A stretch of DNA of 63,455 nt, filler included, from Licmophora abbreviata (taxonomy: Eukaryota), in the NCBI GenBank assembly GCA_900291995.1. It is 24 parts of 24 records of this genome, joined end to end, with 100 filler letters (N's around TTAATTAATTAA, not from the genome) between each part and the next. Parts side by side here need not be neighbours in the genome. Positions count along the whole stretch, not along the records: positions 9,397 to 10,636 come from OLMU01002739.1; positions 10,737 to 12,888 come from OLMU01002740.1; positions 12,989 to 14,491 come from OLMU01002742.1; positions 14,592 to 15,651 come from OLMU01002744.1; positions 15,752 to 17,661 come from OLMU01002745.1; positions 17,762 to 20,213 come from OLMU01002746.1; positions 20,314 to 24,744 come from OLMU01002747.1; 17 more parts are not named here. The stretch is one strand, 5' to 3'. Of this stretch, positions 9,796-21,265 are shown piece after piece; positions within the stretch are counted from its first letter, which is position 1; each line of letters begins with the position of its first letter. The translations under genes and the position numbers were made by a program. The notes below the pieces were generated by a model. It was not told the DNA's origin. It searched no databases and saw only the letters and a program-made list of their open reading frames with translations.

Positions 9796-11242
9796 TCAGC
9801 TTTGCGGTGGGCGCCTCTGCGGCCAGCGGGTCACCTCGTGATAGGCCTGTGCCAGGCGCAAAAGCCCGCCATCCGCCCCTCGGCGCCCGATCAGCTGCAC
9901 GCCCATCGGCAGGCCGTTGGCGCCAAATCCGGCAGGGACCGCCACGGCGGGCAGCCCGGCAAGGCTGGCGGGAATCATCACCTCCATCCAGCGGTGATAG
10001 GTGTCCATGGCAACGCCTGCCACGTCCTTGGGCCAGTCCCAGCTCGTCGGAAACGGCCAGACCTGCGCCGTGGGCAGCACCAGCGCATCATAGGTGTCGA
10101 AGAGATCCGCCGCCCGCCGGAACCAGTCTGACCGGATGACACTCGCCGCATGCACATCCAGCCCGCTCAGGGCCCGCCCGCGCTCGATTTCCCACACCGC
10201 ATCGGACTTCAGCAGGTCCCGCGTCTCCGGCGCCTCCAGCAAGCCTGACAGCTTGCAGGCCATGGTCCAGCTGCGCAGCGTCGTCCAGCTCTCCCACAGC
10301 GCATCGCGGTCAAAGGGCGGCGCAACAGGCTCGACGACGCATCCCAGCCCCTCGAGCACGGCGCAGGCCTCCGCGCCGCAGTCCAGAATCCCCGCCTCCA
10401 TGGGCCATGCCCCGCCCCAATCGCCCAGCCAGCCGATGCGCCGCCCCCGGACATCGCCGCCAAGGCTCAGATCGGGCGCCGCCATGCCAAGCGGCTGGCG
10501 CGCATCCGGACCGGCCATCACCCCGAGCATCAGCGCAAGATCCACAGGACTGCGCGCCATCGGCCCCTCGGTCGAGATCTGATGCAGGAACGCATCCCCC
10601 TCCGCGGCCCCCGCACCCGGCACCAGGCCCCAGCTGNNNNNNNNNNNNNNNNNNNNNNNNNNNNNNNNNNNNNNNNNNNNTTAATTAATTAANNNNNNNN
10701 NNNNNNNNNNNNNNNNNNNNNNNNNNNNNNNNNNNNATCGACAGCATCCCCGCCGCCAGCGCCACCGCCGCGCCACCGGACGAGCCGCCGCAGGACACCC
10801 TATGGTCATAGGGATTGCAGGTCGCGCCATGCACCGGGTTGAACGTATGGCTGCCCAGCCCGAATTCCGGCGTGTTGGTCTTGCCGATCACGATGGCCCC
10901 CGCAGCGCGCAGCCTTGCGACATGCGGCGCATCGCTCTGCGCGATCCGCCCTGTAAAGGCCGGCGATCCCTTCGAGGTGGGCAAGCCTTCCGCATCGGCC
11001 AGATCCTTGATCGCCACGGGCAAACCGTGCAAGACACCCCTTGCCGGGGCTTCGTCCGCCGCGCGCGCCTCGGCCATGAGATCCTCGGCCACCCGCAGCG
11101 ACACAACCGCGTTCAAAGCGCCATTGGTCTGCGCGATCCGCTCCAGCGTGGCGCGCATCAGCGCCTCGGCGCTCAGTTCGCCCGCCGCGATCCCTGCCGC
11201 CTGTTCGCGCGCCTCCAGGGCCAATATATCGGTCATCTCCAC
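9796..11242 (-). CDS. Amidase signature family protein, split by gap
   Basis: [31 protein letters not shown]. Confidence 0.9.
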
Positions 11243-11274
11243 CTTCCTCCACGCTCAGGCCGAAACCCGCCCCT

Positions 11275-11340
11275 CTTTCATCGTTCCGCAAATACTCTGG
11301 GGGTGAATTGGCCGCAGGCCAAGAGGGGGCAAGGCCCCCT
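11275..11340. repeat. Dispersed palindromic (REP/MITE-like) repeat, copy 1
   Basis: CTTTCATCGTTCCGCAAATACTCTGGGGG...GGGGGCAAGGCCCCC; similar to 14640-14690. Confidence 0.55.
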
Positions 11341-11361
11341 GACCCACCCGCCCTTGACGAA

Positions 11362-12489
11362 TTACTGCTCGCCCTGCGCCTCGGCGCGGGACTTGCCGCT
11401 TACATCCATGGCAAGGGTCGCGGCCATGAACTGATCGAGGTCGCCATCCAGAACCCCCTTGGTGTCGGACGTCTCGACGCTGGTCCGCAGATCCTTCACC
11501 ATCTGGTAGGGCTGCAGCACATAGGACCGGATCTGGTTGCCCCAGCCCGCATCGCCCTTGGCATCATGCGCCTCGGCGATCGCCTCGTTGCGCCGATCGA
11601 GCTCCATCTGATAGAGCCGCGATTTCAGGGCCTTCATCGCGATATCGCGGTTCTGATGCTGGGATTTTTCCGAGCTGGTGACGACAATGCCGGTCGGATG
11701 GTGGGTAATCCGCACCGCCGAGTCGGTCTTGTTCACGTGCTGACCGCCCGCGCCCGAACTGCGGAAGGTATCGATGCGGATATCGGCGGGGTTCACCTCG
11801 ATCTCGATATTGTCATCGACCACCGGATAGACCCAGACTGACGAAAACGACGTGTGCCGCTTGGCCGCCGAATCAAACGGCGATATCCGCACCAGCCGGT
11901 GCACGCCCGATTCTGATTTCAGCCAGCCATAGGCATTATGCCCCGTGACCTTGTAGGTGGCCGACTTGATGCCTGCCTCCTCGCCCGCGCTCTCCGATTG
12001 CAGCTCGACCGTATAGCCATGCTGCTCAGCCCAACGCACATACATCCGCGCCAGCATCGAGGCCCAGTCACAACTTTCTGTGCCACCCGCCCCGGCATGG
12101 ATCTCCAGAAAGGCGTCATTGGCATCGGCCTCGCCGTTCAGCAACGCCTCGAGCTCCTTTTGCGCCGCCTTGCGCGCCAGCGACTTGATCGCGGCCTCGG
12201 CCTCGGCGACCACATCCGGATCGCCCTCCATCTCGCCCAGTTCGATCAACTCGACATTGTCCTGCATGTCCTGCTGGATCGTGTCATGGGTCGTGATCGC
12301 ATCCACAAGGCTCTGTCGGTCGCGCATCAGTTTCTGCGCCTTGGCCGGATCGTCCCACAGCTGCGGGTCCTCGACCCTCGCGTTGAACTCTTCCAACCGA
12401 TGGCGCGCGGTCTCCCACCCCATCCGCTGCCGCAACAGCTCAAGCGAATTCTTGATTTCGGCAACGGTCGTCTGGATTTCGGCGCGCAT
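11362..12489 (-). CDS. prfB: Peptide chain release factor 2
   Basis: RISPFD (SPF) and GAGGQHVN motifs; uninterrupted ORF. Confidence 0.97.
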   Translation of the reverse strand: MRAEIQTTVAEIKNSLELLRQRMGWETARHRLEEFNARVEDPQLWDDPAKAQKLMRDRQSLVDAITTHDTIQQDMQDNVELIELGEMEGDPDVVAEAEAAIKSLARKAAQKELEALLNGEADANDAFLEIHAGAGGTESCDWASMLARMYVRWAEQHGYTVELQSESAGEEAGIKSATYKVTGHNAYGWLKSESGVHRLVRISPFDSAAKRHTSFSSVWVYPVVDDNIEIEVNPADIRIDTFRSSGAGGQHVNKTDSAVRITHHPTGIVVTSSEKSQHQNRDIAMKALKSRLYQMELDRRNEAIAEAHDAKGDAGWGNQIRSYVLQPYQMVKDLRTSVETSDTKGVLDGDLDQFMAATLAMDVSGKSRAEAQGEQ

Positions 12490-12579
12490 GATACCCTGTT
12501 CCTGATCTGCTCGGATGCCGGTGATACCTCAGCCCGGCGCCCCCGGCAAGATCGCCCGCGGCCACCTCCGCAAGTCTTG

Positions 12580-14180
12580 CTAGTAAAGCCCGCCCGAACT
12601 CATGCTGCCAAAGCTTGCCTTGCCACCCACTTGCGCCTTGCGCCCCGTCGATGTCGTGACCTCTCGCACCTGTTCGGTCTCGCCGCGTGCAAAGAGCTCC
12701 AGATCGTTGCCCATCGCGAAGCCGCCCGAGACGCTGTAGCCGAAGATCGGCTCTTCCCCGTCGCGGAAATACTCGGCGACCACGTAATCGCCCTCCGCAT
12801 CATCCGGCAGACGCGCGCCGGTAAACCGGTCGATCTTCAGGAAGTGACCGCCCGGCGGCACCTCGAACGGGCCGCCACCATATGTCTTNNNNNNNNNNNN
12901 NNNNNNNNNNNNNNNNNNNNNNNNNNNNNNNNTTAATTAATTAANNNNNNNNNNNNNNNNNNNNNNNNNNNNNNNNNNNNNNNNNNNNCCACGTGGGGAG
13001 CGTGCTCGTCGGGGGCCACGCCCTCGATACCAAGCCGCATCTGCTGATCGGCGATCTCCAGCACCACCGCCGCATACCACATGCCGTCCAGAACGATATC
13101 CCGCGGGACCTCCGCCTTGGCCAGCGCGTCGCGCCAGCTCTGCTCGTCCGCCAACACCTCTTGCGGCAGCGTGATCCCGGTGCCCATCCATCTGCCGCGC
13201 GCGCGGTCATACGCCTCGAGCTGGCGGCGCAACGCGACGGCCGCCTCGACCTGCAGCTCGGGATCGATCGTCGCGCGGACGCTCAAGCCCCCGCTAAAGA
13301 ACTCGCCCTCGCCGAATTCCTGGCTCAGCTGGCGGCGGATCTCATCGGTGAAGTAATCGCGTGGCGGCATCTCGGCAGAATAGGGGGCGAAGTCGCCATT
13401 CTGAACCGAGCGCAGGGGCTGCGCCACTTCGGCCTCATAGGTGGCCGCGTCCAGATAGCCGTTCTCGTGCATCTCGCGCAGCACGAAGTCGCGCCGCTGC
13501 AGCAGCCGGTCGCGATTGCGCACCGGATGATAATCCGACGGCGCTTTGGGCATCGACGCGAGAAACGCCGCCTCATGGGGCGCCAACGCGCGCAGCGACT
13601 TGTTGAAATAGGTCTGCGCCGCCGCCGTCACGCCATAGGAATTCTGCCCGAGGAAAATCTCGTTGAGGTAAAGCTCGAGGATCTTCTCCTTGCTCAGCGT
13701 CTCCTCGATGCGCGTGGCCAGGATGATCTCCTTGATCTTGCGCTCGATCCGCCGATCACCAGACAGCAGGAAGTTCTTCATCACCTGCTGCGTGATGGTC
13801 GAGGCGCCCCTCACGGTCTCGCCGCGGGTCTGCACCGCCTCCACGACCGCCGCCGCGATCCCGCGCGCGTCATAGCCGCCATGCTGATAGAAATTCTTGT
13901 CCTCGGCGCTGATGAAGGCCTGCTTGACCATGACGGGGATATCCTCCGCCGGGGTGAACAGGCGCCGCTCGCGTGCGAACTCGTCGATCACCCGCCCCTC
14001 GCCGGAATAGATCCGGCTGATCGTGGGTGGGGTGTAATTGGCAAGCGATTCGTGACTGGGCAGGTCCTGCCCATAAATATGCAGCACCGCGCCGACGCTC
14101 AGCGCGACCATCATCAGCCCCAGGGTCATCAGGCTGAAGATCGTGCCGAAAAAGGTTCCTATCGCTCTGAGCACACGCAC
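12580..14180 (-). CDS. mrcA: Penicillin-binding protein 1A, middle in gap
   Basis: Transglycosylase motifs SAEDKNF, GASTITQQV, RKIKE, ELYLN; C-terminal piece ends SGGLY. Confidence 0.9.
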
Positions 14181-14263
14181 CCCCGGAGATTGTCACCGCC
14201 TCATATAGGCATCCCTCGACATCCCGTCAAAACACATCTTGCCCGATGTTCCGGAACGGCGCG

Positions 14264-14491
14264 TCACTGCCGCACCAGATCCGCGATCGCCGCATCCTCG
14301 GCGCGCCACGCCTCAAGCGCGTCCCTCAGCGCCTCGGCCATCTGCATCCGCCAGCCCGGATCCACCAGATTGGCAAGATCGCGCGGGCTCGACATGAACC
14401 CCAGCTCCAGCAGGGCCGACGGGATATCGGGCGATTTCAGCACCGAGAACCCCGCATGGCGCAAGGGTCGCGAATGCAGCGGCAAGCCCTT
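14264..14491 (-). CDS. amiC: N-acetylmuramoyl-L-alanine amidase, C-terminal fragment
   Basis: AGFSVLKSPDIPSALLELGFMSS. Confidence 0.85.
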   Translation of the reverse strand, partial: KGLPLHSRPLRHAGFSVLKSPDIPSALLELGFMSSPRDLANLVDPGWRMQMAEALRDALEAWRAEDAAIADLVRQ

Positions 14492-14639
14492 NNNNNNNNN
14501 NNNNNNNNNNNNNNNNNNNNNNNNNNNNNNNNNNNTTAATTAATTAANNNNNNNNNNNNNNNNNNNNNNNNNNNNNNNNNNNNNNNNNNNNCCCCGCTTG
14601 CACAGCCCCCTTCATGCCCCCGACCCGTTCACCTCGCGG

Positions 14640-14690
14640 CTTCTTCTGGCCCCAAATATCCCGGGGGGTCCGGGGGGCTGGCCCCTCGGG
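14640..14690. repeat. Dispersed palindromic (REP/MITE-like) repeat, copy 2
   Basis: CTTCTTCTGGCCCAAATATCCCCGGGGGGTCCGGGGGGCTGGCCCCTCGGG. Confidence 0.55.
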
Positions 14691-14699
14691 CGGTCGCGC

Positions 14700-15651
14700 T
14701 CAGACAGCGCCGCGCTCGGCCATGAAGCGGCGCAGCCTCGCCAGCCCCTCCTCGATATCCGCCGTTGCGCGCGCATAGGAAAACCTGAGCGTGCCGCCGC
14801 CCCGCACAGGGTCGAAATCAAGCCCCGGCGTGACCGCGACCCCGGCCTTGTCAAGGATTTCGGCCGCAAGGCTGCGGCTGTCATCGGTGATATGGCTCAC
14901 ATCGGCATAGACGTAAAAGGCGCCATCGGGGGGCGCGATCCGGTCGAACCCGGCTTTGGGCAATCCCTCCAGCATCAGCGCGCGGTTGCGCCTGTAGACG
15001 GCCATGTTCGCCTCCAGCTCCTCGGTGCAGTCCATCGCCGCCAGCGCCGCGACCTGGCTGGCATGGGGCGGGCAGATGAACAGGTTCTGCGCTAGCCGCT
15101 CGATCACCCGCACATGATCCTCGGGCACCACCATCCAGCCGACGCGCCAGCCGGTCATGCTGAAATATTTCGAGAAGGAGTTGATGACATAGGCCTCGTC
15201 GGAAATCTCCAGCGCGCTCACCGCCTTCGCCTCGTATTCGATGCCGTGATAGATCTCGTCGCTGATGAAGCTTGCGCCCTGCGCCTGCGCCGCCTCCATC
15301 AGCGCCGCCAACGCCGCGCGATCCAGCATGGTGCCCGTCGGATTGGCCGGGCTCGCCACCAGGAGCCCCGCGAGGTCCCGGCCCTCCAGATCGCTCGCCA
15401 CCGGCTGCAGGCGGTTCTCCGCCGCCGTCTCGATATCCACCGGCTGCAGATCGAGCGCCCGCAGGATCTGCCGATAGCTGGGATAGCCCGGCGCGCCGAT
15501 GCCCACCCGGTCGCCCGCGTCGAACAGCGCGGTAAACGCAAGGATGAAGGCGCCCGACGATCCCGGCGTGATGATCACGCGCTCCGGGTCGAGGTCGAGA
15601 TCGTACCACTCCCCGTAAAGCGCCGCGATCCGCCGCCGCAGCGCCGGCAGG
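14700..15651 (-). CDS. Class I/II PLP aminotransferase, 5' end in gap
   Basis: SPANPTG, ISDEIYH, SFSKYFSMTGWRVG. Confidence 0.9.
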
Positions 15652-15751
15652 NNNNNNNNNNNNNNNNNNNNNNNNNNNNNNNNNNNNNNNNNNNNTTAAT
15701 TAATTAANNNNNNNNNNNNNNNNNNNNNNNNNNNNNNNNNNNNNNNNNNNN

Positions 15752-16473
15752 TGGCCACAGCCGCCGCCTTCGCCCTGCCCGCGCAGGCGCTCGATCTGTC
15801 GGACATGAGCACCGCCGAGCGCGAGGCGTTTCAGGCCGAGATACGCGCCTATCTTCTCGAAAACCCCGAAGTCATCATGGAGGCCGTGGCCGTTCTCGAA
15901 CAGCGTCAGGCCCAGCAACAGGCACAGGCCGATGTCACGCTGGTCGAAAACAACGCCGACGCCCTGTTCAATGACGAAAACTCTTGGGTCGGCGGCAATC
16001 CCGAAGGCGACATCACGCTGGTGGAATTCATGGATTACCGCTGCGGCTATTGCCGCCGCGCCTTCCCCGAGGTCGAAAACCTTGTGGAACTTGACGGCAA
16101 TATTCGCGTGATCGTCAAGGAATACCCGATCCTGGGCGAGCAATCCATGCTGGCCGCGCGCTTTGCCATCGCCACGCTTCAGCAAGCCGGCGACGAGGCC
16201 TACAAACAGGTCCATGACGCGCTGATGACCTTCAGCGGCGACATCACCGAAACCTCTCTGCGCCGCCTCGCGGACGGCTTCGGCCTCGATGTCGAGACGA
16301 TCATGGGCCATATGGACAGCGAGGCCGTGACCGATGTGATCGCCGCCAACCATGCGCTGGCGCAGCGCATGAACATCACCGGCACCCCGACCTTCGTGAT
16401 GCAGGACCAGATGCTGCGCGGCTATGTCCCGCTCGACGCCATGCAGCAGATCGCCGCCGACATCCGCGGCTGA
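15752..16473 (+). CDS. DsbA/Com1-family thiol-disulfide protein, 5' end in gap
   Basis: EFMDYRCGYC, KEYPILG, ITGTPTFV. Confidence 0.9.
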
Positions 16474-17015
16474 TGCCCCTGCCCCTGATTCTGCCCCTTT
16501 CAAGGCTCGGCCTGCCCTTCGCGGCAGGCCTTTTTCTCTGGGCAAGCGCCGCCTCGGCCCAGACCGATTTTCGTAATCTGACCCCCACCGAACGCGCCGT
16601 CTTCCACTCCCAGATCCGCGAGGCGCTTCTGGGCCTGCCGCGCCATCTTCTGCCCAATGCGCCTGCGCATGCGCTCGATATCATGGGCGACGCCATCGCT
16701 CAGGATCTCTCCCGGCTCTCCGACAGCCGCTCTGCCCTCTTCGCGCCGGACCTGCCCGGCTTCGGCCCCGCCGATGCCGCTCTGACTGTGGCGCTCTTCA
16801 CCGCGCCCGATTGCCCCGATTGCGCCGCCGCCGAAGCCGATCTGCGCCGCCTCGCCGAAACCCGCGATCTGCGCGTGACACTTCTGGACATCGACGCGCA
16901 TCGCGATCTGGCGCAGGCGCTCGAGATCGACCTCGCCCCCTCCTATGTGCTGCCGGACATGATGCTGCGCGGACATATCCCGATGATCGTGATGGAACGC
17001 TACCTGCCGCAATGA
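16473..17015 (+). CDS. Secreted thioredoxin-fold DsbA-like paralogue
   Basis: Signal peptide ASA-Q; CPDC motif; MMLRGHIP resembles preceding gene's QMLRGYVP. Confidence 0.7.
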   Translation: MPLPLILPLSRLGLPFAAGLFLWASAASAQTDFRNLTPTERAVFHSQIREALLGLPRHLLPNAPAHALDIMGDAIAQDLSRLSDSRSALFAPDLPGFGPADAALTVALFTAPDCPDCAAAEADLRRLAETRDLRVTLLDIDAHRDLAQALEIDLAPSYVLPDMMLRGHIPMIVMERYLPQ

Positions 17016-17039
17016 CGCCCCTTGGTGGCATGGCGAAGG

Positions 17040-17085
17040 TTATCCACAGGATATGGTTGACACAAAACGAGAACATGCGTAGAAC
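17040..17085 (+). promoter_or_regulatory. lexA promoter with DnaA box (17040-17048), -35 TTGACA (17057-17062) and LexA box (17071-17085)
   Basis: TTATCCACA; TTGACA-N17-TAGAAC; GAAC-N7-GAAC alphaproteobacterial SOS box. Confidence 0.85.
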
Positions 17086-17117
17086 AAAGTGAAACACTTC
17101 GCTCGGAGTTTCGCATC

Positions 17118-17661
17118 ATGCTGACCAAAAAACAGCTCGATCTACTGGCCTTCATCCACAAGCGCGTGCAGCGCGACGGCGTGCCGCCCAGTTTCGATGA
17201 AATGAAGGAAGCGCTTGATCTGCGCTCGAAATCCGGCATCCACCGGCTCATCACCGCGCTCGAAGAACGCGGCTTCATCCGCCGTCTGGCGCATCGGGCG
17301 CGCGCGCTCGAAATCGTCAAACTGCCCGAATCCCTCGGCGGTGAGGCAAGCCATGGCTTCACCCCTCGGGTGATCGAAGGCGACAAGCCCTCTGCCCCCC
17401 AGCCCGCCAACAGCTACGGGGTCGAAGCCTCGGACGTGATCGACGTGCCGATGATGGGCCGCATCGCCGCCGGTGTCCCGATCGAGGCGATCGCCCATGC
17501 CAGCCATAATGTCACCGTTCCCGGCTCGATGCTGTCCGGCAAGGGCGTCCACTACGCGCTCGAGGTGCGCGGCGACTCGATGATCGAGGCGGGCATCAAC
17601 GATGGCGACGTGGTCATCATCCGCGAAACGAACACCGCCGATAACGGCGATATCGTCGTCG
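17118..17661 (+). CDS. lexA: LexA repressor, 3' end in gap
   Basis: [29 protein letters not shown] cleavage site; VRGDSM. Confidence 0.97.
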
Positions 17662-17761
17662 NNNNNNNNNNNNNNNNNNNNNNNNNNNNNNNNNNNNNNN
17701 NNNNNTTAATTAATTAANNNNNNNNNNNNNNNNNNNNNNNNNNNNNNNNNNNNNNNNNNNN

Positions 17762-19702
17762 ATCGCGCAGGCTGTCCACGGCCCGTCGCCCATGCACCGC
17801 CTGCAGGCGGATCTCTCCCGGCATCTCCTGCGACCAGCGCGCATGGGCCGCCGCCTGATCGGCGGCATCCCCGTCATTCTCCAGCCAGTTCTGCGCGATG
17901 AACCCCGCGCCCTTCTCCCGGCTCAAGGCCCGCCCCTCCGGCGTCATCACCCCGACCAGCGCACCGCTATCGGCGATCAGCACCTGCGGCCGCTCCGCCC
18001 CCAGCCACAAGGCCCCGCTCACCAGCACCGGCGCCAGCCCCGCCAGCCGCCCCCACCCGCGCCACAGCATCACGAACAGAACCCCCACCGCCATCAGCGG
18101 CAGGACCAGCGGGCCGGGGCTGACCACCGTGCCGCGTGCGCCCGGCCAACCGGCCACCCAATGCGCCACCCATAAGATCCAATCCAGCCCAAGCCCCATC
18201 ACCCAAAGCGCCAGCCATTCCAACCCGAAGGGCATCAGGCATGCCGCCACGACCGCCGCCGGCATCACCATCACCCCCATCAAGGGCACGCTCAGCAGAT
18301 TGGCGATCAGGCCGAAATGCGCGAACTGGTTGAAATGCGCCGCCGCGATCGGCGCCGTGGCGATCCCCGCCACAAAGGACGACACCAGCACCGACACCGC
18401 CCCCCGCATCCAGCGCGGTCCAAGCGGCACGTCATGATCCCGCAACCAGCCATAGCCCGCCACCAGCGCCGTGGTTGCCGCAAAGGACATCTGGAACCCC
18501 GGCCCCAGCAACGCCTCGGGGCGCAGCAACAGCACGATGACAGCCGCCACCGCGACCGACCGCAGAGACAGCGCCCGCCGGTCCAGCATCACCGCCACCA
18601 GCGCCACCGCGACCATCACAAAGGCCCGCTCCGTGGCCACATTGCCCCCCGACAGGCCCAGATAGACCGCCGCCACCGCCAGCGCCATCACCGCCGACAG
18701 CTTCTTGGCTGGCACCCTCAGCCCCAGAACCGGCACAGCGGCAAAACCCAGCCGAAACGCGCCGAAAACGAAGCCCGCCAACAAGCCCATATGCAGCCCC
18801 GAAATCGCCAGCAGATGCGCGAGGTTGGTGACCCTCAGCGCCGTGAGCGCCTCCTGCCCGATGCCCGACCGGTCCCCCGTCATGATCGCCGAGGCAAAGG
18901 CCCCCGTCTCCCCCGGCAAGGCCGCCTGAATACGCGCCGACATCGCCATGCGCGCCTTGAACATCCACAACCCGCCCTCAGGCGGCGCCAGCCCCACGAC
19001 CGGCGTGCGCGTATATCCCACGGCGCCAAGCCCCAAGAACCACGCGTGACGCTGAAAATCAAAGCCCCCCGGCTCCACCGGCCCGCCGGGTGGCGACAGA
19101 TGCGCGGTCATCATCACCCACGCCCCCGGCGCAGGTGTAATGCCCGCCGCCTGCCCATGCAGCGCAATCCGCACCCGCTCGGGCGTGCGCCGGGGTGGCA
19201 CATCGCGCAGCGTCACCCGGTCCAGCGTCAGCCGGATCGCATCCGATCCGGACCGGTCGATGCTGACGATCCGCCCCTCCACCGGCCCATAATAGCGCCA
19301 GCCCAGCACCGGCCCCTCCACCTGATGCGCCCGCGTGGCTGCCACGCACAGCCCCACCGCCATCAGCATCACCGCCCAGCCAAGCGGCATCCAAACCGCC
19401 CCAATCCAGCGCGCGCCCACCGCCACCAACAGCGCCACCGCACCAAGGACCGCATAGTCCCGGGCATCCGGCTCGACCGTCAGCGCGAAATACCCGCCCG
19501 CCCCCGCCGCAAGACAGACCGGCACCCACGGAAACAGATGCCCCCGCTGCGCCAGCCACGCCGCCTCCAAAGCGTGTCGCAAAAAACCCGGATCACGGAT
19601 TTTCGCGAAACGCAGTCCGCCGTTCAATCGTTGCACGCGGTCTGCCTTTGGCTGATGCCTCAGGGTAAAGGCAGACCGCTTGAGTGACGCCCACGGTGCC
19701 AA
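17762..19702 (-). CDS. comEC: ComEC/Rec2 competence protein (start uncertain, 3' end in gap)
   Basis: LAHLLAISGLH, GFQMSFAAT, GGFDFQRHAWF. Confidence 0.92.
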
Positions 19703-19758
19703 GTCTTGTCTCCCATTCGCCGCCCCGATAGACAGACGCCAAAGCTAGACCCAACTCG

Positions 19759-19774
19759 GTTACCGAAAGGTTAA
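19759..19774 (-). promoter_or_regulatory. CtrA-type binding site upstream of comEC
   Basis: Minus strand TTAA-CCTTTCG-GTAAC, one mismatch to TTAA-N7-TTAAC. Confidence 0.65.
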
Positions 19775-19782
19775 TGCCGCCC

Positions 19783-21193
19783 ATGTCCCAGACAATCGTG
19801 ACCCGCTTCGCCCCCTCGCCCACGGGCTTTCTGCATATCGGCGGCGCGCGCACCGCCTTGTTCAACTGGCTTTACGCCCGCGGCCGCGGCGGCAAGTTTC
19901 TCTTGCGCATCGAAGACACCGACCGCGCCCGCTCCACCCCCGAGGCGACACAGGCGATCCTCGATGGCATGGCCTGGCTCGGCCTCGATCATGACGGCGA
20001 CGCGATCAGCCAATACGCCCGCGCCGACCGCCACCGCGAGGTGGCGCTCGAACTGCTCGACAAGGGCGCGGCCTACAAATGTTTCGCCACCCAGGACGAG
20101 ATCGAGGCCTTCCGCGAAGCCGCCCGCGCCGAGAACCGCTCGACCCTCTTCCAAAGCCCGTGGCGCGACGCCGACCCCTCCAGCCATCCCGACGCGCCCT
20201 ATGTCATCCGCATNNNNNNNNNNNNNNNNNNNNNNNNNNNNNNNNNNNNNNNNNNNNTTAATTAATTAANNNNNNNNNNNNNNNNNNNNNNNNNNNNNNN
20301 NNNNNNNNNNNNNGGATGGCAATCCGGTCTACATGCTCGCCGTCGCGGTGGACGATCACGACATGGGCGTGACCCATGTGATCCGCGGCGACGACCACCT
20401 CAACAACGCCGCCCGCCAGATGATGATCTATACCGCCATGGGTTGGCCCGTGCCGGTCTATGCCCATATCCCACTGATCCACGGGCCCGACGGCAAGAAA
20501 CTCAGCAAGCGTCACGGCGCTCTTGGCGTCGATGAATACCGCCGCATGGGCTACCCGGCGGCCGGGATGCGCAATTACCTCGCCCGCCTCGGCTGGAGCC
20601 ATGGCGACGACGAATTCTTCACCGACGCGCAGGCGCAAGAGTGGTTCGACCTGTCGGGAATCGGCAAATCCCCGGCCCGCTTCGACGTCAAGAAACTCGA
20701 AAATCTCTGCGGACAACATATCGCAACTTCCGACGATGCTGCGCTGCTGCATGAACTTCAGGATTATCTTTCGGCCACTGGTCAGCCCCCCCTGACAGAT
20801 GCAACACTCGCGCGGATGCAGGCGGGCATGTACTGCCTCAAAGAGCGCGCGAAGACCTTCCCGGAACTACTTGATAAAGCGGAGTTTATCTTGGCTGGGC
20901 GCCCAATCTCGCCCGAGCCTAAAGCCGCCGCGCAACTCGATGATGTATCCCGTCGTATACTGAAAGAATTGACGCCGCATCTGCAAACTGCTACGTGGAC
21001 GCGCGACGACCTTGAAGCGCTCGCAAAGCACGTTGCCGAATCTCACAATACCACCTTCGGCAAGCTTGCGGGCCCTCTCAGGGCCGCTCTGGCGGGGCGC
21101 AGTGCCACACCGAGCGTGTTCGACATGATGCTTGTGCTCGGGCGGGATGAAACCATCGCCCGCCTGTCCGATGCCGCCGCCGAGGCCGGTTAA
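19783..21193 (+). CDS. gltX: Glutamate--tRNA ligase, split by gap
   Basis: [22 protein letters not shown]. Confidence 0.96.
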
Positions 21194-21265
21194 CCGTCTC
21201 GAAAGGCCGACTGTAATATGCTGCCCGAGGGCGCCTGAGGCGCGGGCAAGAAGAGGGAGACTCCC

